Shown here piece after piece: positions 25,757-39,245 of a stretch of 60,362 nt of DNA. Made by a program: the position numbers and the translations under genes. The stretch covers positions 1 to 60,362 of the forward strand of contig JYFJ02002241.1 of the NCBI GenBank assembly GCA_000934665.2, in the 5' to 3' direction. Source of the stretch: Catajapyx aquilonaris. Taxonomy: Eukaryota. Within the stretch, counting starts at the first letter, position 1; each line of letters begins with the position of its first letter. The notes under the pieces were generated by a model. That model had not been told where the DNA came from, made no database searches, and was given only the letters and a program-made list of their open reading frames with translations.

Positions 25757-26030
25757 TTGCCAATTATTTTAGACGGAATAATACCAGAAGGGATGAGCGA
25801 TGAAGAGATATCCCAACAACCCTGGATATCTCTGTCGGTTCGATCCATTCAAAGATGGGTCAATCGGTATGAAGAGGATGCAAAGGGGCTGAAAACGCGG
25901 GAGATCCCTGGGCACCCTCGTGTCCAGAGCAGGACGAAGCCCTAGTGGAGGCAGCCAGAGAGAGACCCTTTCAGACAACCACGACGACTGTCAGGCGAGA
26001 TGTCCCGGATTTTCCCGGCAACTGTGACAC
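25757..26030 (+). pseudogene. Tc1-like transposase N-terminal remnant
   Basis: LSVRSIQRWVNRYEE..LKTREIPGHPR, then after a frameshift ALVEAARERPFQT. Confidence 0.65.
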
Positions 26031-29000
26031 TGAGTTGTTTTTAAAATGGGAGGACCTGTGAACGCGTGGTCTCTGCGCCTCTGATCGCCGTGTTCCGAAA
26101 TCTACACGCGCGCACTAAAATCAGGATTAAAATGAAGACGTCATAAGTGACTCGCACATGTTCCGTTGCTTACAGGCTGAAAGAAAAGGGCATAAAGTGC
26201 AGGGTGCCTGCCAAGAAAATTGTCCTGACGGCAGGTTTCTGGGTGGGTCATCCGGGGGCATGACGCGGTCGTGTTCACATCTACCCCTTGGCATATCAGC
26301 TACTGGATGACGACCTTCTCCCATTGGAAGCAAGGTACCCGGAAGAGCAGGGCATCAGATTCGTGCAGACAACGCAGGGACACACACAGCTAGATATAAT
26401 ACTAGAACGAAAGGTGGACTTCTGATTGTAATCATTGTTGAGGTGTAAATCACAACGGGCCGCCCAGTCTATGACATCCAGTCCGCGGGGCGAATCCAGC
26501 CGGTCTCCCCGGAAGCTTTGTACAAGACCCACTGAGAAGGATGGATCAACAGCAGAAAAAGAAAAAACCAAGTAACAACTGTACGTACTACCGTTTGATT
26601 GATATAAATTATTACGTCGCTTTGTCTAGGTGTACCAGTCACGGCTCGTAGATTCATATTCTGCGGAGAACCAATAAGCTATGACAACACACCACAGCAG
26701 GTGAGACAATAACTAACTTCCTTTCAAGGAAGAGGAACGCGGTGAGAGAACTATACCATCATCATCCTCACACTTCTTTTTGTCATAAAACACCTGTACA
26801 GGTCATGCCACATTACAAGAGGGCAAATTTACCAACCACCATTTTTGCCTGTACCGAATTAACAGAATGATGTTAACGAGTAAAAAATACTTTGGCAAAC
26901 CCTGAACTAAAGGTGTGTGGTGACACGGCATTTCCACGCAAACACGGACATGGCATCGCCCCATAAAATCAACCGGAAAGAAACAAGCATTGGTAGCAGA
27001 AGGATCCATGGTTCTGTTTCCCACGAGATTGTGAAATACAATGTCCCGCCAGGCCAGTTGAGATAGTGGAAAATGAAGGAAATGTGGAAGCCACAAAACT
27101 CTAGATGACACATCATATTCAGACTTATTATTCGACGTGGTTACGGAAGTTGAGTCAGTGCGTCATGTTACCTGTCCATGCGGAGGCCCCAAGGAATGAC
27201 CGTACATGCAATTCTTGTAATCTGCAAGCAATTTTAATGAGTAATATTGGCACAAAACTGACACGTTTCAGTGTCCGTTCGACGACATGCCCAAGCGACA
27301 CCCAGTCTGGAGCTAAATCACAAGATATGGCAAGGTCTAACATAATCAATGCAGATGAAACTGTGATCGTTCTCTCGTATTTTGCTCCTACATAATAATA
27401 CATAAACTTCGTGAGATTATGAAATGTGAGCACGTGCATAAAACTTCCCGTTAATATCGCAGGGTGTATTGTTATTAGGAGAAAAGCAGCTCTAAAGGGG
27501 GGAGTCATTTTTCGCCTTATATTTGTAACAGGCCACTTCAAATATATGTACTTAGCAGTTAGTCTGATGGAAATTTGATTATGCCGTGAATGCATATCTG
27601 GGAAATGGGTGCCTAATAGTGCAACGCATTCCCCGTATTTGGCTATCTGGGTAGCTACAATGGATAACTGACACTCATTGCATTTTAGTATATGCCACAT
27701 AATAGCGGGTCTCATTAATGTACATCTTGTTGACAGTCAGCATTCTCCATGCATCTAACAGGGATGCGCAGCAAGCAAGGATGCCCCAAGTTGCAACAGC
27801 AGAAGAAAAATCATGTTGAAATAATTACCACATAAAAAAAAAATGCCAGATGGCGACATTCCAAATGAAGAAACATATAAGCAACTCCAGGTTAGTTAAT
27901 AATTTATTCTTATTTTTGGTTGTGCTTTGTGATGCACAATTTCAACTATTCGTGTATTTCATTTTCCAATGACACTCTGTACACTATATTATTACAGGCA
28001 ATGTCACTGACAATGTCTGCAGGAGACCAGCTCACAGATGACGCCATAACCTTCTGAAATCTCGTCTTCTAAAATCTACTTAGCCGAAGAGATGAGACAT
28101 TCGCGTTATACAATGATCTGCAACCATGTTTTCTAAATGAAAAATGTGTTACAAGTATATGTGGAGACAAATGTGTTGCGATGGTTATTATTTTGCTTGG
28201 CCTTGCTCAATTTGTAAACCAACATGTTTAACTTCAAAAATCTCAGACTGTGACATACCAAGGTTTGCTGAACTGTACACTGTTTGTCATGTGCCACTGA
28301 GTCGGGTCATTCATGTACGGACTCAGTTAATTTTTGCATATAAATACACATTATTGTTCATTTTTCATGGATGTTGATAAGTATCCAAAATATTACACTC
28401 CACAAAGACTGTCCGAAATTATTTCATGTTTGAAAAAGTAAAGGGAACATGATTGTACATATGTTCATCAGTGAAATATTTCTCCGGATATCCAAACATT
28501 TCATTGCAGCATCAGCCAAGTGGCCCACAAATGTGCTGGGATGAATATATTATGCTCCTTTGCGGCGTGGGTGCCAGTATTCTCAGTCTGACAGGTGTGC
28601 ATTTTGAAACTACACTTTATGACGTATTGTCACAAATATATGTCATGTATCAATATATGGCTCTATACATGACAGTTGTCGCATATATTTATCCAGGGGG
28701 AAAAAAAACACATCACTTTAGTCAACCCGGACATTTCTTGGAGTGTAGACATTTCGTGTTCCATAACTACCTCACGGGTCACATAGCCGGGAGGATTGGC
28801 ACATTTCACGACCATTAAGAGTTGGGTTAAACCACAGTGAACCCATCGTTGAATGAAGTTGCCAGCCAATGATTTAAGTATATTTGTTAATCAACAAAGG
28901 GTTCAAATTCCAAATCTTCAGAACAGGGTACAGAAGAACGCATACTACAATGGACACAAATTCTGCATTTCCAAGGACGGTGCACCAATTTGAAAGGGAA

Positions 29001-31249
29001 AGACCAAGGACGAAAGAACCAGCCGAGTAGGAGGTACACAGAGTGGATGAAACGCTACAGATGGACAAAGAAGATGCAGAGAGTCAGACTCTGTCCAGGC
29101 AGTCCGTGCCCTGCATAACTAGTATTATCGTGGGCCAATCAGAAGATGATGATGATGGAGAAAAGGGTGTCCTATCATAATAAGACACCCTGGCTGATTG
29201 ACCACGCCCGTCGCACACATGGACCAATCAATTTTACAAGCAGTAAGTACACCAACCACGTGCGTGCACATCAGCCTTGGCCGTTCAACAATGACGACCA
29301 AGCTACAATACCTCTCTTACTGAAATGCGTTGCTCATTACATAATCACAATGACGCAAGACAATACAATCTCTGGCCGTCAATTTTTCTCGCGTTTGTCT
29401 GCTGCCGCCTTCATCATATAATACAAAGAACGAGTGGACCAATTATTCGGAAGCCATCCAGCTCAGACATTCACCGAATCCTGGTTACGGTCTGGGAGCT
29501 CCATCTTGCCGAGATATACATAATATCCCTGACATGTACTTTAGTATTAGATATGTATATAAGGGGGCTTACCCGGCATAGCCATCTACAGCCCCCGGCT
29601 CCATCAACATCTAATCACCGAATAGTGACATCATAAACAAACAAGAGGAGCCAAAGAAACCTGGACATGTACTGCTGAGGATGACAGCTTCTCATAGTTA
29701 GCACTAGGTCTAATACTGTAAGCATAGCGAATGGTAAAAGATTACAATATGACAAAAAAACATTGTAAGAACTCCATAATATGACATCTCAGCAGCCATG
29801 GATGAGGTGGAAATCCACCAACAGAATATACGACCGCTACAAATAAATGCGAAAAAATGGCATTATAATTTTAAGCAGAATTCACTAGGTATCCACACCT
29901 ATGCGGCAGGTTAATTTCCAAAACAATCGCCCCATTGAGAGGAGTGGAAAAAGATTTCAACCTCCAAGTAAAGGCCCCATCCGCCTCTCTCTTGTTGCAT
30001 GCACATGGTGGACTTAGGGTCTAGAACGAAATACGTGTACATTTGATCTGCGGTTAGTTCCAGTGTAATTATATGTCTAAAACATTACATAGTCAGAAAC
30101 ATAGATCAATTTGGTTTTTTAGTGTGATAGCAATAATTTGTGATTTTACAGATCCCTACAGAAGAGGGCAGGGTACAGACCTACAAAGTTGCAGGGGTTG
30201 AAGATTTCCTCTCGAGAAGCATCAACCCTTCAGCCTCTAATATAAAACGCAGCTTCCGAATGAAAGCGCATTGAGTGACAAGTTACATAAGTAGCACACA
30301 CATAGCATGAATTCCGAGGAACGAGATTTTTATTTAAAAAAAAACAACTTTGCCAACATGTGTAATATGTAACAATATGTGACAATATATGTACTTTTAT
30401 AAAATGACAATAAATTTCTCGGCCACAAGAGATCACTTCGTGCAGAAATGTGATGTAATTTTTGGCAGCCTATTTAGTAATCAGCACTAGTAGACTAATC
30501 ATGGCATTATGTTATGAGGAAGTGGAGAACACTGATACACTTCACATCATCTGTTTCAAGCCCATTATCATTAAACCCATGTATACACTTTATATTATAG
30601 TCTAATTCTTCCATTTCATTTGGACTCCTAGCCATATGCGAGGTATTTCAATGCAGGCAAGGATGGACTTCTGTCCGATGTTGAAGACCGTGTCGACATG
30701 AAGGGCGTGGACGTGTGACTGACACAGTGGATTCGAGGGCTGGGTGGAGAAGGATTGGGCTGCTTATCGTGGTCACTCCCATGTGGCCAGCTTCCTCTTG
30801 GACAGGGGAGAGGAAGTAGACGCAGTAGATCGAGGGGGACATCATGCTGTAGTGAATACACCCATACACGCGATGAACATCATATGGAATGCCTAGGTCG
30901 TCTCCCGCCAAGATTGGCGATTTAGTCATGTCATGCGTCCAAATCTTATCACTTGTGACCAAGCTAGGTGACATCTTTCAATTTTTCACAAGATTACTGC
31001 ACATTTCACACAGGCTTAAGCTTAAAGCATTGGGGGTAAGTTACATTCTACAACAATGCAATTACAAATTTCAGTGACAACAGGGCTGCTCAAGTTTTCA
31101 GCCACACTGTGGGAGTTGCTCTGGAAACCAACGCAAGTAATGGCACCATTCCCCACCAAAGTTCATATGGACCATGTAGTTGGACAAGTGAACTTCATGT
31201 TCTATATCCTAAACAACCAGGACGTAAACCACTCCTATTAATCCCTTGC

Positions 31250-31510
31250 TCTTCCTCGTTGGTTTATAAGGCTGATTACTCGGATTATGATGACTTGCCT
31301 AGAAGGTGCATTGGCTATTCCCATTTCGCTGTTGGGATGGGAACACGCCTGAAATGCCCTTCCTATCATCTATGGTGTGTAAGTTTCATTCCTCCTATGA
31401 TTCTGATGACGGCGACTTGCCTAGTAGGTGAATTGGCTATTCCCATTTCGCTGTTGGGATGGGAATACCCCTGATGTGCCCTTCCTCGTAAGTTTATAAG
31501 TTTCATTTTC
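31250..31510. repeat. Tandem duplication, ~122-bp period, about 2 copies
   Basis: GACTTGCCTAG.AGGTG.ATTGGCTATTCCCATTTCGCTGTTGGGATGGGAA begins at both 31292 and 31414. Confidence 0.85.
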
Positions 31511-31624
31511 TGGCTGATTCTTATTAACACCAGGACACACCCAGGGCCCCTCATGAGGTGTTGGAATCAGCTCTGGCGAACTGGGCTAACATGAACATTT
31601 CACTGCTGGCTAGGCAAAGAGGAA

Positions 31625-31990
31625 ATAGTATTATTTAGCCAATAATAATGGGTGATGAGAAATGGATCCTCTATGACAATCATACGAGAAGGAAATGTTG
31701 GGTGGTCCATGGAAAACCACAACATAACAGAGAGGCCCAATATCCACAGGAAGAAGGTGCTGCCCTGTGTCTACTGGGACCAGAAGGGCATCATCTGTTC
31801 CAATCACGTGTAACGGTGACAGCAGACCCCTCCAGTAGACTGATAAATTGCGAAACTGGCCTAAGCCCTGCATCAGCAGGACACAAAATATGTCTCAAAC
31901 CAAAAGCAGGTTATCCTCCGCCATGACCATGGAAGGCCTCATGTGGTGAAAGCCACAGAAGAGAGCTGGACCTGGGCATACATCTGCTGC
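31625..31990 (+). pseudogene. mariner (DD34D) transposase remnant
   Basis: IIMGDEKWILYDN, KKVLPCVYWDQKGII and VILRHDHGRPHV. Confidence 0.82.
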
Positions 31991-32439
31991 CCTAACAAAC
32001 AACACTAACCATCAATTCCAAACAAAGACCGGCACCAATGTTTTAGCATCTGATACATACTCTCTCCATGTGGCTCCAGTATAAAAATTTGGTGCGCTTG
32101 GGTCTTGGGACCATATCTTGTCCCATATCTGACTCCTACTAAACCTAGCAATCTCCATTTACTCCGCCACGATTTCATACCTTTTCCCTCCATCATCAAC
32201 CCCTCAACCATAATGGTCACATTACAAAAAAGCATACCAAGAGAAGGCCATCCTAAAGAGCAGTACATTTTGACAGGAGTAAAAAAAACCATTCCCCTGT
32301 GAAAATATAATTACTGGCCCATGGGCCCCTTTACTGCGGAAAGCTTCATATGAGTACAGCTTGAGTGTTTTAATATCTGTTTTCTGCCATCTGATATTAT
32401 TAGGCGGAACCATATATGAACAGCGGATGCCAAATCAAG

Positions 32440-32610
32440 GTCCAAAAATTTGACCAGTATTGCCTGGCTACTGCCAAAAAAATATGTTGACCAGTATGGC
32501 TGGTATTACATGCCAACCACTGTCCATAAAATCCTCATTCATGGGCCAGCCGTCATCAAATCGGCTTTGTTGCCAATACGAGAACTATGGGAGGAGGTAC
32601 AGGAGGCTAC
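32440..32610 (+). pseudogene. Transib transposase C-terminal fragment
   Basis: YGWYYMPTTVHKILIHGPAVIKSALLPIRELWEEVQEA. Confidence 0.8.
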
Positions 32611-33579
32611 TGCTACAACTATCCACAGGCTGAACCATTGGTCACTCCGGTGCCCCAGCAGGTGCCTCCAAACAATATTAAACAGATTTAAAGAAAGAAT
32701 TTTGGCAGTTACGCTACTTGACTTGACCAACCAACACTCATTCGCCAGCAAGACCGCCATTAGTGTCGCCATCGAGAAAAGAGATAAGAAGCGAGACTAA
32801 GAAGAATAGTGTTACTAATAATGCTGTGACTCCCCTACTGCACGTTCTGGGAAAATACCATGAGGAGCTTTCCAAAGATGCACGAACATTGCTGAAATTA
32901 CGAGGAGCCAGTAGAGGGTGGTCCAGTTTAAAAACTTGACAGTGGTGATAACCATCACACAGGAATACACAATATCATGCATCTAGACGCCTCCAGTGTA
33001 CACTAAATTGATTTCAATCCATACCATAGTAACTTCAACTGGCTGGACCGATTTGTTGTTAAGAGAAATTTTACACAAGAACCTTCACAGTCCTAAAGTG
33101 GAGGGTGTTGCGTAAGACAATTTAAATCCCAGAAATTTCCTTACTCAACTTCTGCCAGAATATTACACGGACAATATCATGACAGCCATACCTGGCAAAG
33201 TTGATGGGAGCGTCAAGAAATTCAAGATCTCGGGCCGGAAGTACTTGGGATTGTTTAAGTGTTTCCCATCTCTGTGATGATGATTATGAGGCGAGAAATA
33301 CCCATAATGCTAACAATTACAACGTCGAGCCTCATGCCGATGTGGGCCATGCAAACAGCGATACATAACAGAACCTGGAGACTGCACTGGATTGTTCAAA
33401 TGTGCTACCAGCAACAGGAAGGGTAACAGTCATAATATGAACTCCATTGATATTAAGAAAAGCTGATAAAAATTCTTCCCTTGTGACTCTGCACGAACAC
33501 ACGACTCTCTTAAGAGCTTGCTTACAGGTGGTAATCAACATTGATATATTCTGTACAATCCGTACAAAGACATGGCATA

Positions 33580-34125
33580 GTGCGACACAATGCGGACGAC
33601 CTGAGAAGGATTTCCTGTCGTCTTCGGAAATAGTGAAGAGGAGGAAAACAGTAGAGCTTAGACAACAAGTGCCAACTGCACAGATAACTTATGCAGCTGC
33701 CATAAATCTTCGGGAAGGATGGTGATGAAGCCGCGGAGAAAGTGGTGAAAGAGGCTACTACCACTACGCCCACGAGAGCGGAAAGGATTTTAAGGCGATG
33801 AAGAACAAACCAAGGAGCAGTCTTCATTAACGCCAAAAGACGCTCTTGCGCTGATTATTTCACAAAATTTCACGAAAGAACACTACAAAATACTTCGCCT
33901 AACAGCAAAAAGCCATGTTCATGATCTATACCCATACTACGAAGAGATACGGGCATGTTACATACGCGGAGCCACTATCTCTCAGTTATATGACTTACAA
34001 ACTGTGTGTGAGAGAGAGACCTGTTCTCACTGAGATGTTTAGTTTTGGCTTGTCTGTCCTGCATGCTTACATTCGTTTTTTTCCGAATGTTTGTTGCATA
34101 TTTCTTATCGGCTCGAACTTAAATC
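33580..34125 (+). pseudogene. Transib transposase N-terminal/central fragments
   Basis: GRPEKDFLSSSEIVKRRKTVELR..ITYAAAINLRE..TPTRAERI and FGLSVLHAYIRFF..LLHISYRL, with large internal deletions. Confidence 0.72.
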
Positions 34126-34499
34126 ATAGAGGGTGAGTTACATCTGGTAAAAATTGTCACTTTCTGTTGATAGCTACTTAGCCCTTGCAGCGACTAATAC
34201 GGCATCGGCAGTTATTGTTCCGCTACCACATGGTGAAAATTCCCCCAGGAGCCACAGGTATGTCATTGTTACAGGACATTCGTGATCTGGAATTAGTGCA
34301 CAAGTGGCTTATTTATCTGGCGTTATTTCTAGGCTAGGCAGGATGAGGATTTTGACTTAACGGACACTGATATAGCGTGTATGATCCTCCATACATCCCA
34401 CCTCAAGAGCCAGCACCATCATCTGATGATGGTGATGCAGATTTGCAGGTGCATCCACCAGATGAACCCAGAGGTGAGAAGCGTTCTCGACAAGTAAGA

Positions 34500-35097
34500 G
34501 GAATACCTTCCTGCAGGACTGTCCATCAGTAAGCTGTACGATGATTACGTAACTTTCTGTAAGGAACTAAGTGATAATCCCCATAAGGAGAGTTTTTACC
34601 GCCAAGTATTTGTATCCGAGTTCACAACCGCTTTCACAAGCCCAAGAAGGACCAGTGCGACACATGTGCTGCCTTTGAAAACATGCCTGATGAACAAATA
34701 GAGATTCAGAAGGCTGATCATGATGCTCATTTGGAGAGGAAGGAGCAAGCGAGGGCACACAAGAAATGTGACAAGTCCAGAGCTTCAACTGACAAGAATT
34801 TCACTAGTTGCTCTTATGACATGGAGAAAGTTCTCCTGACACCTAATTTAAAGGTGGGCAAATTATATTACAAGAGGAAGTTGCAAGTCTTCAACTTTAT
34901 TGTAGAAAATAATTGTTCTGGACTGCAACCTGCTACATGTGGAGCTAGATGGATGGAAAAAAGGGGGTTTTCTGAAACAGGCACCTGCCATTGGGAATAT
35001 TCCCACAATTTACCTGATACTACAAATGAAGTGGCAATGTACTCCGACACGGCAGCCGGTTTTGGCCAAAACCGAAATCAGATCATAGCAGCATGTT
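34500..35097 (+). pseudogene. Sola-type transposase remnant
   Basis: FHKPKKDQCDTC, YDMEKVLLTP..LYYKRKLQVFNF and MYSDTAAGFGQNRN. Confidence 0.75.
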
Positions 35098-35250
35098 GAC
35101 GACACAGCTGATGGAAGAGCGACACACCACTGCCAACCTATCGACTAAAATGGAGGAGGTGCTCCACGAGTGTGGCATTCACAAAAAGACTGTAGCAATG
35201 GTCACTGACAATGCCTCGAATGCGGTGAACGCTGTGCGGGACATGACTAT
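35095..35250 (+). pseudogene. hAT (Ac-like) transposase fragment
   Basis: EERHTTANLSTKMEEVLHECGIHKKTVAMVTDNASN. Confidence 0.7.
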
Positions 35251-35269
35251 AGTGTTGAGGAGCAGACGG

Positions 35270-36075
35270 TTACTAACGTGTACTAATAGGGCCATTACCG
35301 ACCACCAAAAACGGGAACAGATACGCTCTGGTGGTGGTGGATTTTTGCACGAAATGGGCAGAGGCCTACCCGCTACAACGGATAGATGCTCCCACTGTCA
35401 TGTCGCCCACACTTTTGTGAGATAATTCATGTGTCAATATGGTGTTCCTTCCCACCTCTTGTCCGATCAGGGCACACCATTCGATAGTGAAATTTTCCAT
35501 GAAATCAGCAAAACCTTCTCTTTTCAAAAGTCCCGCACAATAGCATACCACCCACAGGGGAATGGTATGGTGGAGAGACTCAATGGGACCCTTGTTCATA
35601 TGTTGAAGGCCTTGTCCACCACCAACTCGGACTCATGGGATGAGTTACTCCCTTATTCCTTACTCGCCTACCGAAACAACGCCCATGCATCTACCAATAC
35701 AATCCCTTATCGGATGACGTTTGGACGCGAAGATATACACTGCCAGAGGACCTCCTCGTCTTAGGTCGTACCAATACGGCAGAGTCATCGTCTGACCATG
35801 TTAAGAGAATGTCGCATGACCTCCACGACATGTTCAGCAATGCTCGCAGCAAATTAGACGCTGCCAGCTAAAGAAACAGAAAACATATGACGACAAATAT
35901 GCCCCATACCCCGAGAATCCTTGGGTATGGCTAAAGAAAGGTGTACATCAGAAATTCCAGACGACTTGGGCAGGTGCGTATAGAGTAGTACGCCGCACAG
36001 GTGACACCACCTATCAAATAAGCGATTCAGACTCGAACACGAGCCACATCCATTTCAATCGCCTTAAACCAGCTT
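35270..36075 (+). pseudogene. Gypsy/Ty3 LTR retrotransposon integrase remnant
   Basis: LVVVDFCTKWAEAYPL, YGVPSHLLSDQG, AYHPQGNGMVERLN, LLAYRNNAHAST, GPY/F-like WAGAYRV and HFNRLKP. Confidence 0.88.
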
Positions 36076-37479
36076 TTGGCGTCTCAAGCCCGGGGTCTCC
36101 CCCCTTCATCTCGTGCAGAGTTGGGCAACTGTGGACATGATCGCACGAGCACTTTTCTGCGCAACGAGTTCTATTTAGGCGAATCTTTCAGCGCAGTGAG
36201 TTGTGTATTTGAATGCCTCTAATTTTAGCTAGTGTCATCAGTAGCACAGCGTAGCTTATCTAATACATATTTCAAGACCTATGTCTGTCTCTCTGTGACC
36301 TATGCAAATCCATACGGAGGCCTCCACATATGCCCCAGGGGTATCACCAGGGGTAGTTTTTTACCGGGAAGGTTCGTAGCGCATTGGAATTTACATCCGA
36401 GGTCATCCTTGGCCACAGGAGGCGAAAAGAACTTTGGATGTTGGCCCCCTGTGTTCTAATAATGCTGTTCAGTTGCCCTGGAAACCATATTCCTTCCCTC
36501 CTCTCCCTCCTCTCTCTCNCCCCCCCCCCACATGCCACCGCCTCCTCCAGCACATCAGTGTCATTACATTTCTACGTGGTGGCTGTACTTTGGTCAGTGT
36601 TTTTGCACTCACATTGGTTGCATACTTTATTGTTCCAATTTAGAATTTATTACACACTGTTGCCTTGGTTATGAGACTACTGGTGTAATTGGGTGATGAT
36701 CACGTTTTGTTCATAACATTCAAAGAGTTCCATTTCTTGCTATCCTGATGGTATCTTATTCCATGTTTATCCTAGACACGGTGGCACGGTCCAACTGCAG
36801 CCTCGGGGCAGGCCCAGGGTTCGAGCTGGTGGTATACAAATGCGCTGTTTGTAAGAATAGCGGTTTTGGGTTGTTTGTTCAGGCAGCCTGTCGGAATTTT
36901 CTTGGCGTACTTTTTCTGCCATACCTTTTCCTCTACGTATACTGTGTCGTGCTTTTTGTCTTCATTCTCTTCTTCCGAACTGTGTTACGTTCTGTGTCGT
37001 GTAGTTTTCAATCGTTTTGCTTTTATTTGTTTTTTCCCTCTTTGTAAATTTTGGACCTCCACATTCTCAGTGTATATTCAGAAGTCCTTATGGGATGTGG
37101 TTTAACGTGTTTAAGGTGTGGTATAAAGGTATAAGGTGTATAAGGTGTGCCATAATGTGGTCTACGTAGGTTTGTGTCATGCAGTTTTCAATCTTTTTTG
37201 CATTTGTTTGTTTTTTCACTTTCTAACGTTTAGACCTCCACATTCTCAACACCACACCAACTTTAACATGGGCCTAAAAACATAGCAGCATTGGCAGAAG
37301 CACATTGGATACACACAGAGTTCGGCTAAGGGTGAGGGACCAAGAGACTGAGGAAGAACACCAAGCATGTCTCCACTCTATGAGAAACAGCGGCCATCAG
37401 TCGGAGATTAGCTCCATTTTCATCAACCCACCTCCTACATGCCGCTTTCCATTACTCAGGAGACATTGACAATAATTCT

Positions 37480-38150
37480 TCTGTCGGTGTTGTTGCAATT
37501 GGATCTATGTCAGAGGGATGCCACCATTGCCAGGCAAAGAAGTGGAAGAGTGAAACAAAAACGATCTGTTGCTCCATTGGAAAGGTTAGCCTTCCTCTAC
37601 TGGCTGAGCCTCCACAGCTACTTAAAATGCTCCTCTTATAGGCACATCACCTGATTCAAAACATTTCCTGAAGACCATCAGAAATTACAATAATTTGACC
37701 TTCCAGATGACATCTTTTCGGGCCAACGTTGTTAGAGAAGGGGGCTTCATGCCTACATTCAAAGTGCAAGGGCAAATTTACCATCGCATGGGATCACTCC
37801 TTCCTTCAGAAAATGCGAGTCCGCAGTTTCTGCAACTTTACTTCGTGGGGAACATGCAACAGCAGGCAGAATACCGTTGCACCTACTTAAACGGCACACG
37901 CATGGACATCATACTGCAACTTCAGGAGATGATCCATTCCACCCACTCTTATGTCAAGAGCTTCAAGCTTGCACTTGAGAGTCCTCCTCCTCTGGAATTT
38001 GACTTGGTCATTGATGCAGACAAGCGACCACAAGGTGAGCATCGTGGTCGATTCAATCAACCTTCTTGCAATGAGATTACTGTGATCATGAGTGGTCAGG
38101 AGCATGGTAAGAGGGATATTGTGGTGAAGCTTCGAGACAACACGCTTCAT
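37480..38150 (+). pseudogene. Helitron Rep/Hel N-terminal remnant
   Basis: CHHCQAKKW..CCSIGKVSLP, FQMTSF..FMPTFKVQGQIYHRMGSLLP..FLQLYF, DKRPQGEHRGRFNQP and RDIVV. Confidence 0.88.
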
Positions 38151-38559
38151 CTATGCAATTATGAACGTAATTGGCTATACCAAATATTGCATGTGCATCA
38201 AGTCCAGAAAACACACATTGGATATCAGATTGTAAGCTCTGCCATGCTGGAGCTTCTACTGTTCTACATTCTACATTTACTTCTACATTTACTGCACAAC
38301 CTTCAATTTTTCATGACATACTTTTGCTGGATTTTGGAGGTGTATTGTGTATTTTCTTGCAATCCGACATCCTTAGTGTGTTGTTTAGACTTCATGCACA
38401 TGCAATATGCTCCATGTCACTGGTATGCCAACATTGTATAGCCATAATTATTGCAAATCAACGAGTCACTCCTATGGAAAAGCATTTCATAACCCGAGCA
38501 ACGCCGGGTATCCTGCTAGTGTTTAATATGTTCAGGTCCAGGCCAGGATGGTAATTAAG

Positions 38560-39092
38560 AGAGTTCAAGACATGAAAAACTAGAATCCAGAAGCTATTTA
38601 GAGCGGAATTGGGACTCCTGATTGACCAACCAAAACCTGGAGGATGCGGGAATTCCAATGACGGTAACATTGCGAGATATTTCCAGGAAGGCTCTTGTCT
38701 ACAAGAATTACAGACCTCGACCAGAGACTCTCATTCGGCGCTGTGCCATAATTCTGCGAGCAATTTCATCAGGCTACGATATTGACGCACAAGCTTTTAA
38801 CGCTGATGCCCTTGAGACAGCTCGAAGTTTTGTCTCAAAATATCCGTGGTTCTATATGCCTGCTACTGTGCACAAAATATTGCTGCATGGCTCCATTATA
38901 ATTTCGGTTTCAATTCTACCTATTGGAATTATGTCAGACGAAGCACAGGAGGCGCTAGGCATGAGGACATCAAGCATATACGGGAACATCACACCAGGAA
39001 GTGCTCCAGGACGGCCACAAATTAATGAAGACCTCCTGCACAGATTACTGGAGACTTCCGATCCGCACATTTCATCTCTGAAAATAGTATAA
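38560..39092 (+). pseudogene. Transib transposase C-terminal remnant
   Basis: IQKLFRAELGLLIDQPKPGGCGNSNDGNIARYF, YPWFYMPATVHKILLHG..LPIGIMSDEAQEA and NEDLLHRLLETSDPHISS. Confidence 0.88.
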
Positions 39093-39124
39093 ATTAGCTA
39101 AAATTTAAGTAGTTAAGTGTGTAT

Positions 39125-39245
39125 ACATTGGCAACTTTGAAGAGCCACCTGCAGAAAATATGGGATGCATTCACATCTGAAGAATGCGAAGCACTAAGTG
39201 ATTCCATGCCAGCACGTCTTGCAGCCAAAGCTACATCATATTAAA
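39125..39245 (+). pseudogene. Tc1 transposase extreme C-terminus
   Basis: LKSHLQKIWDAFTSEECEALSDSMPARLAAKATSY*. Confidence 0.6.

Noticed and set aside
27155..27715. 186-aa minus-strand ORF
   Set aside because: No motif, atypical composition and no splice or homology support, so it is probably a chance ORF.
31250..31510. CRISPR-like repeat-spacer pattern
   Set aside because: Only two long units with related linkers, no cas genes, and a eukaryotic context.
36490..36530. Pyrimidine/C-rich tract containing an N at 36519
   Set aside because: Low-complexity sequence with an ambiguous base. It is a possible assembly weak point rather than a feature.
38150..38441. Hydrophobic C-terminal extension of the 248-aa Helitron ORF
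   Set aside because: Helitron similarity stops near 38150. The rest is read-through into unrelated sequence, not a real fusion.
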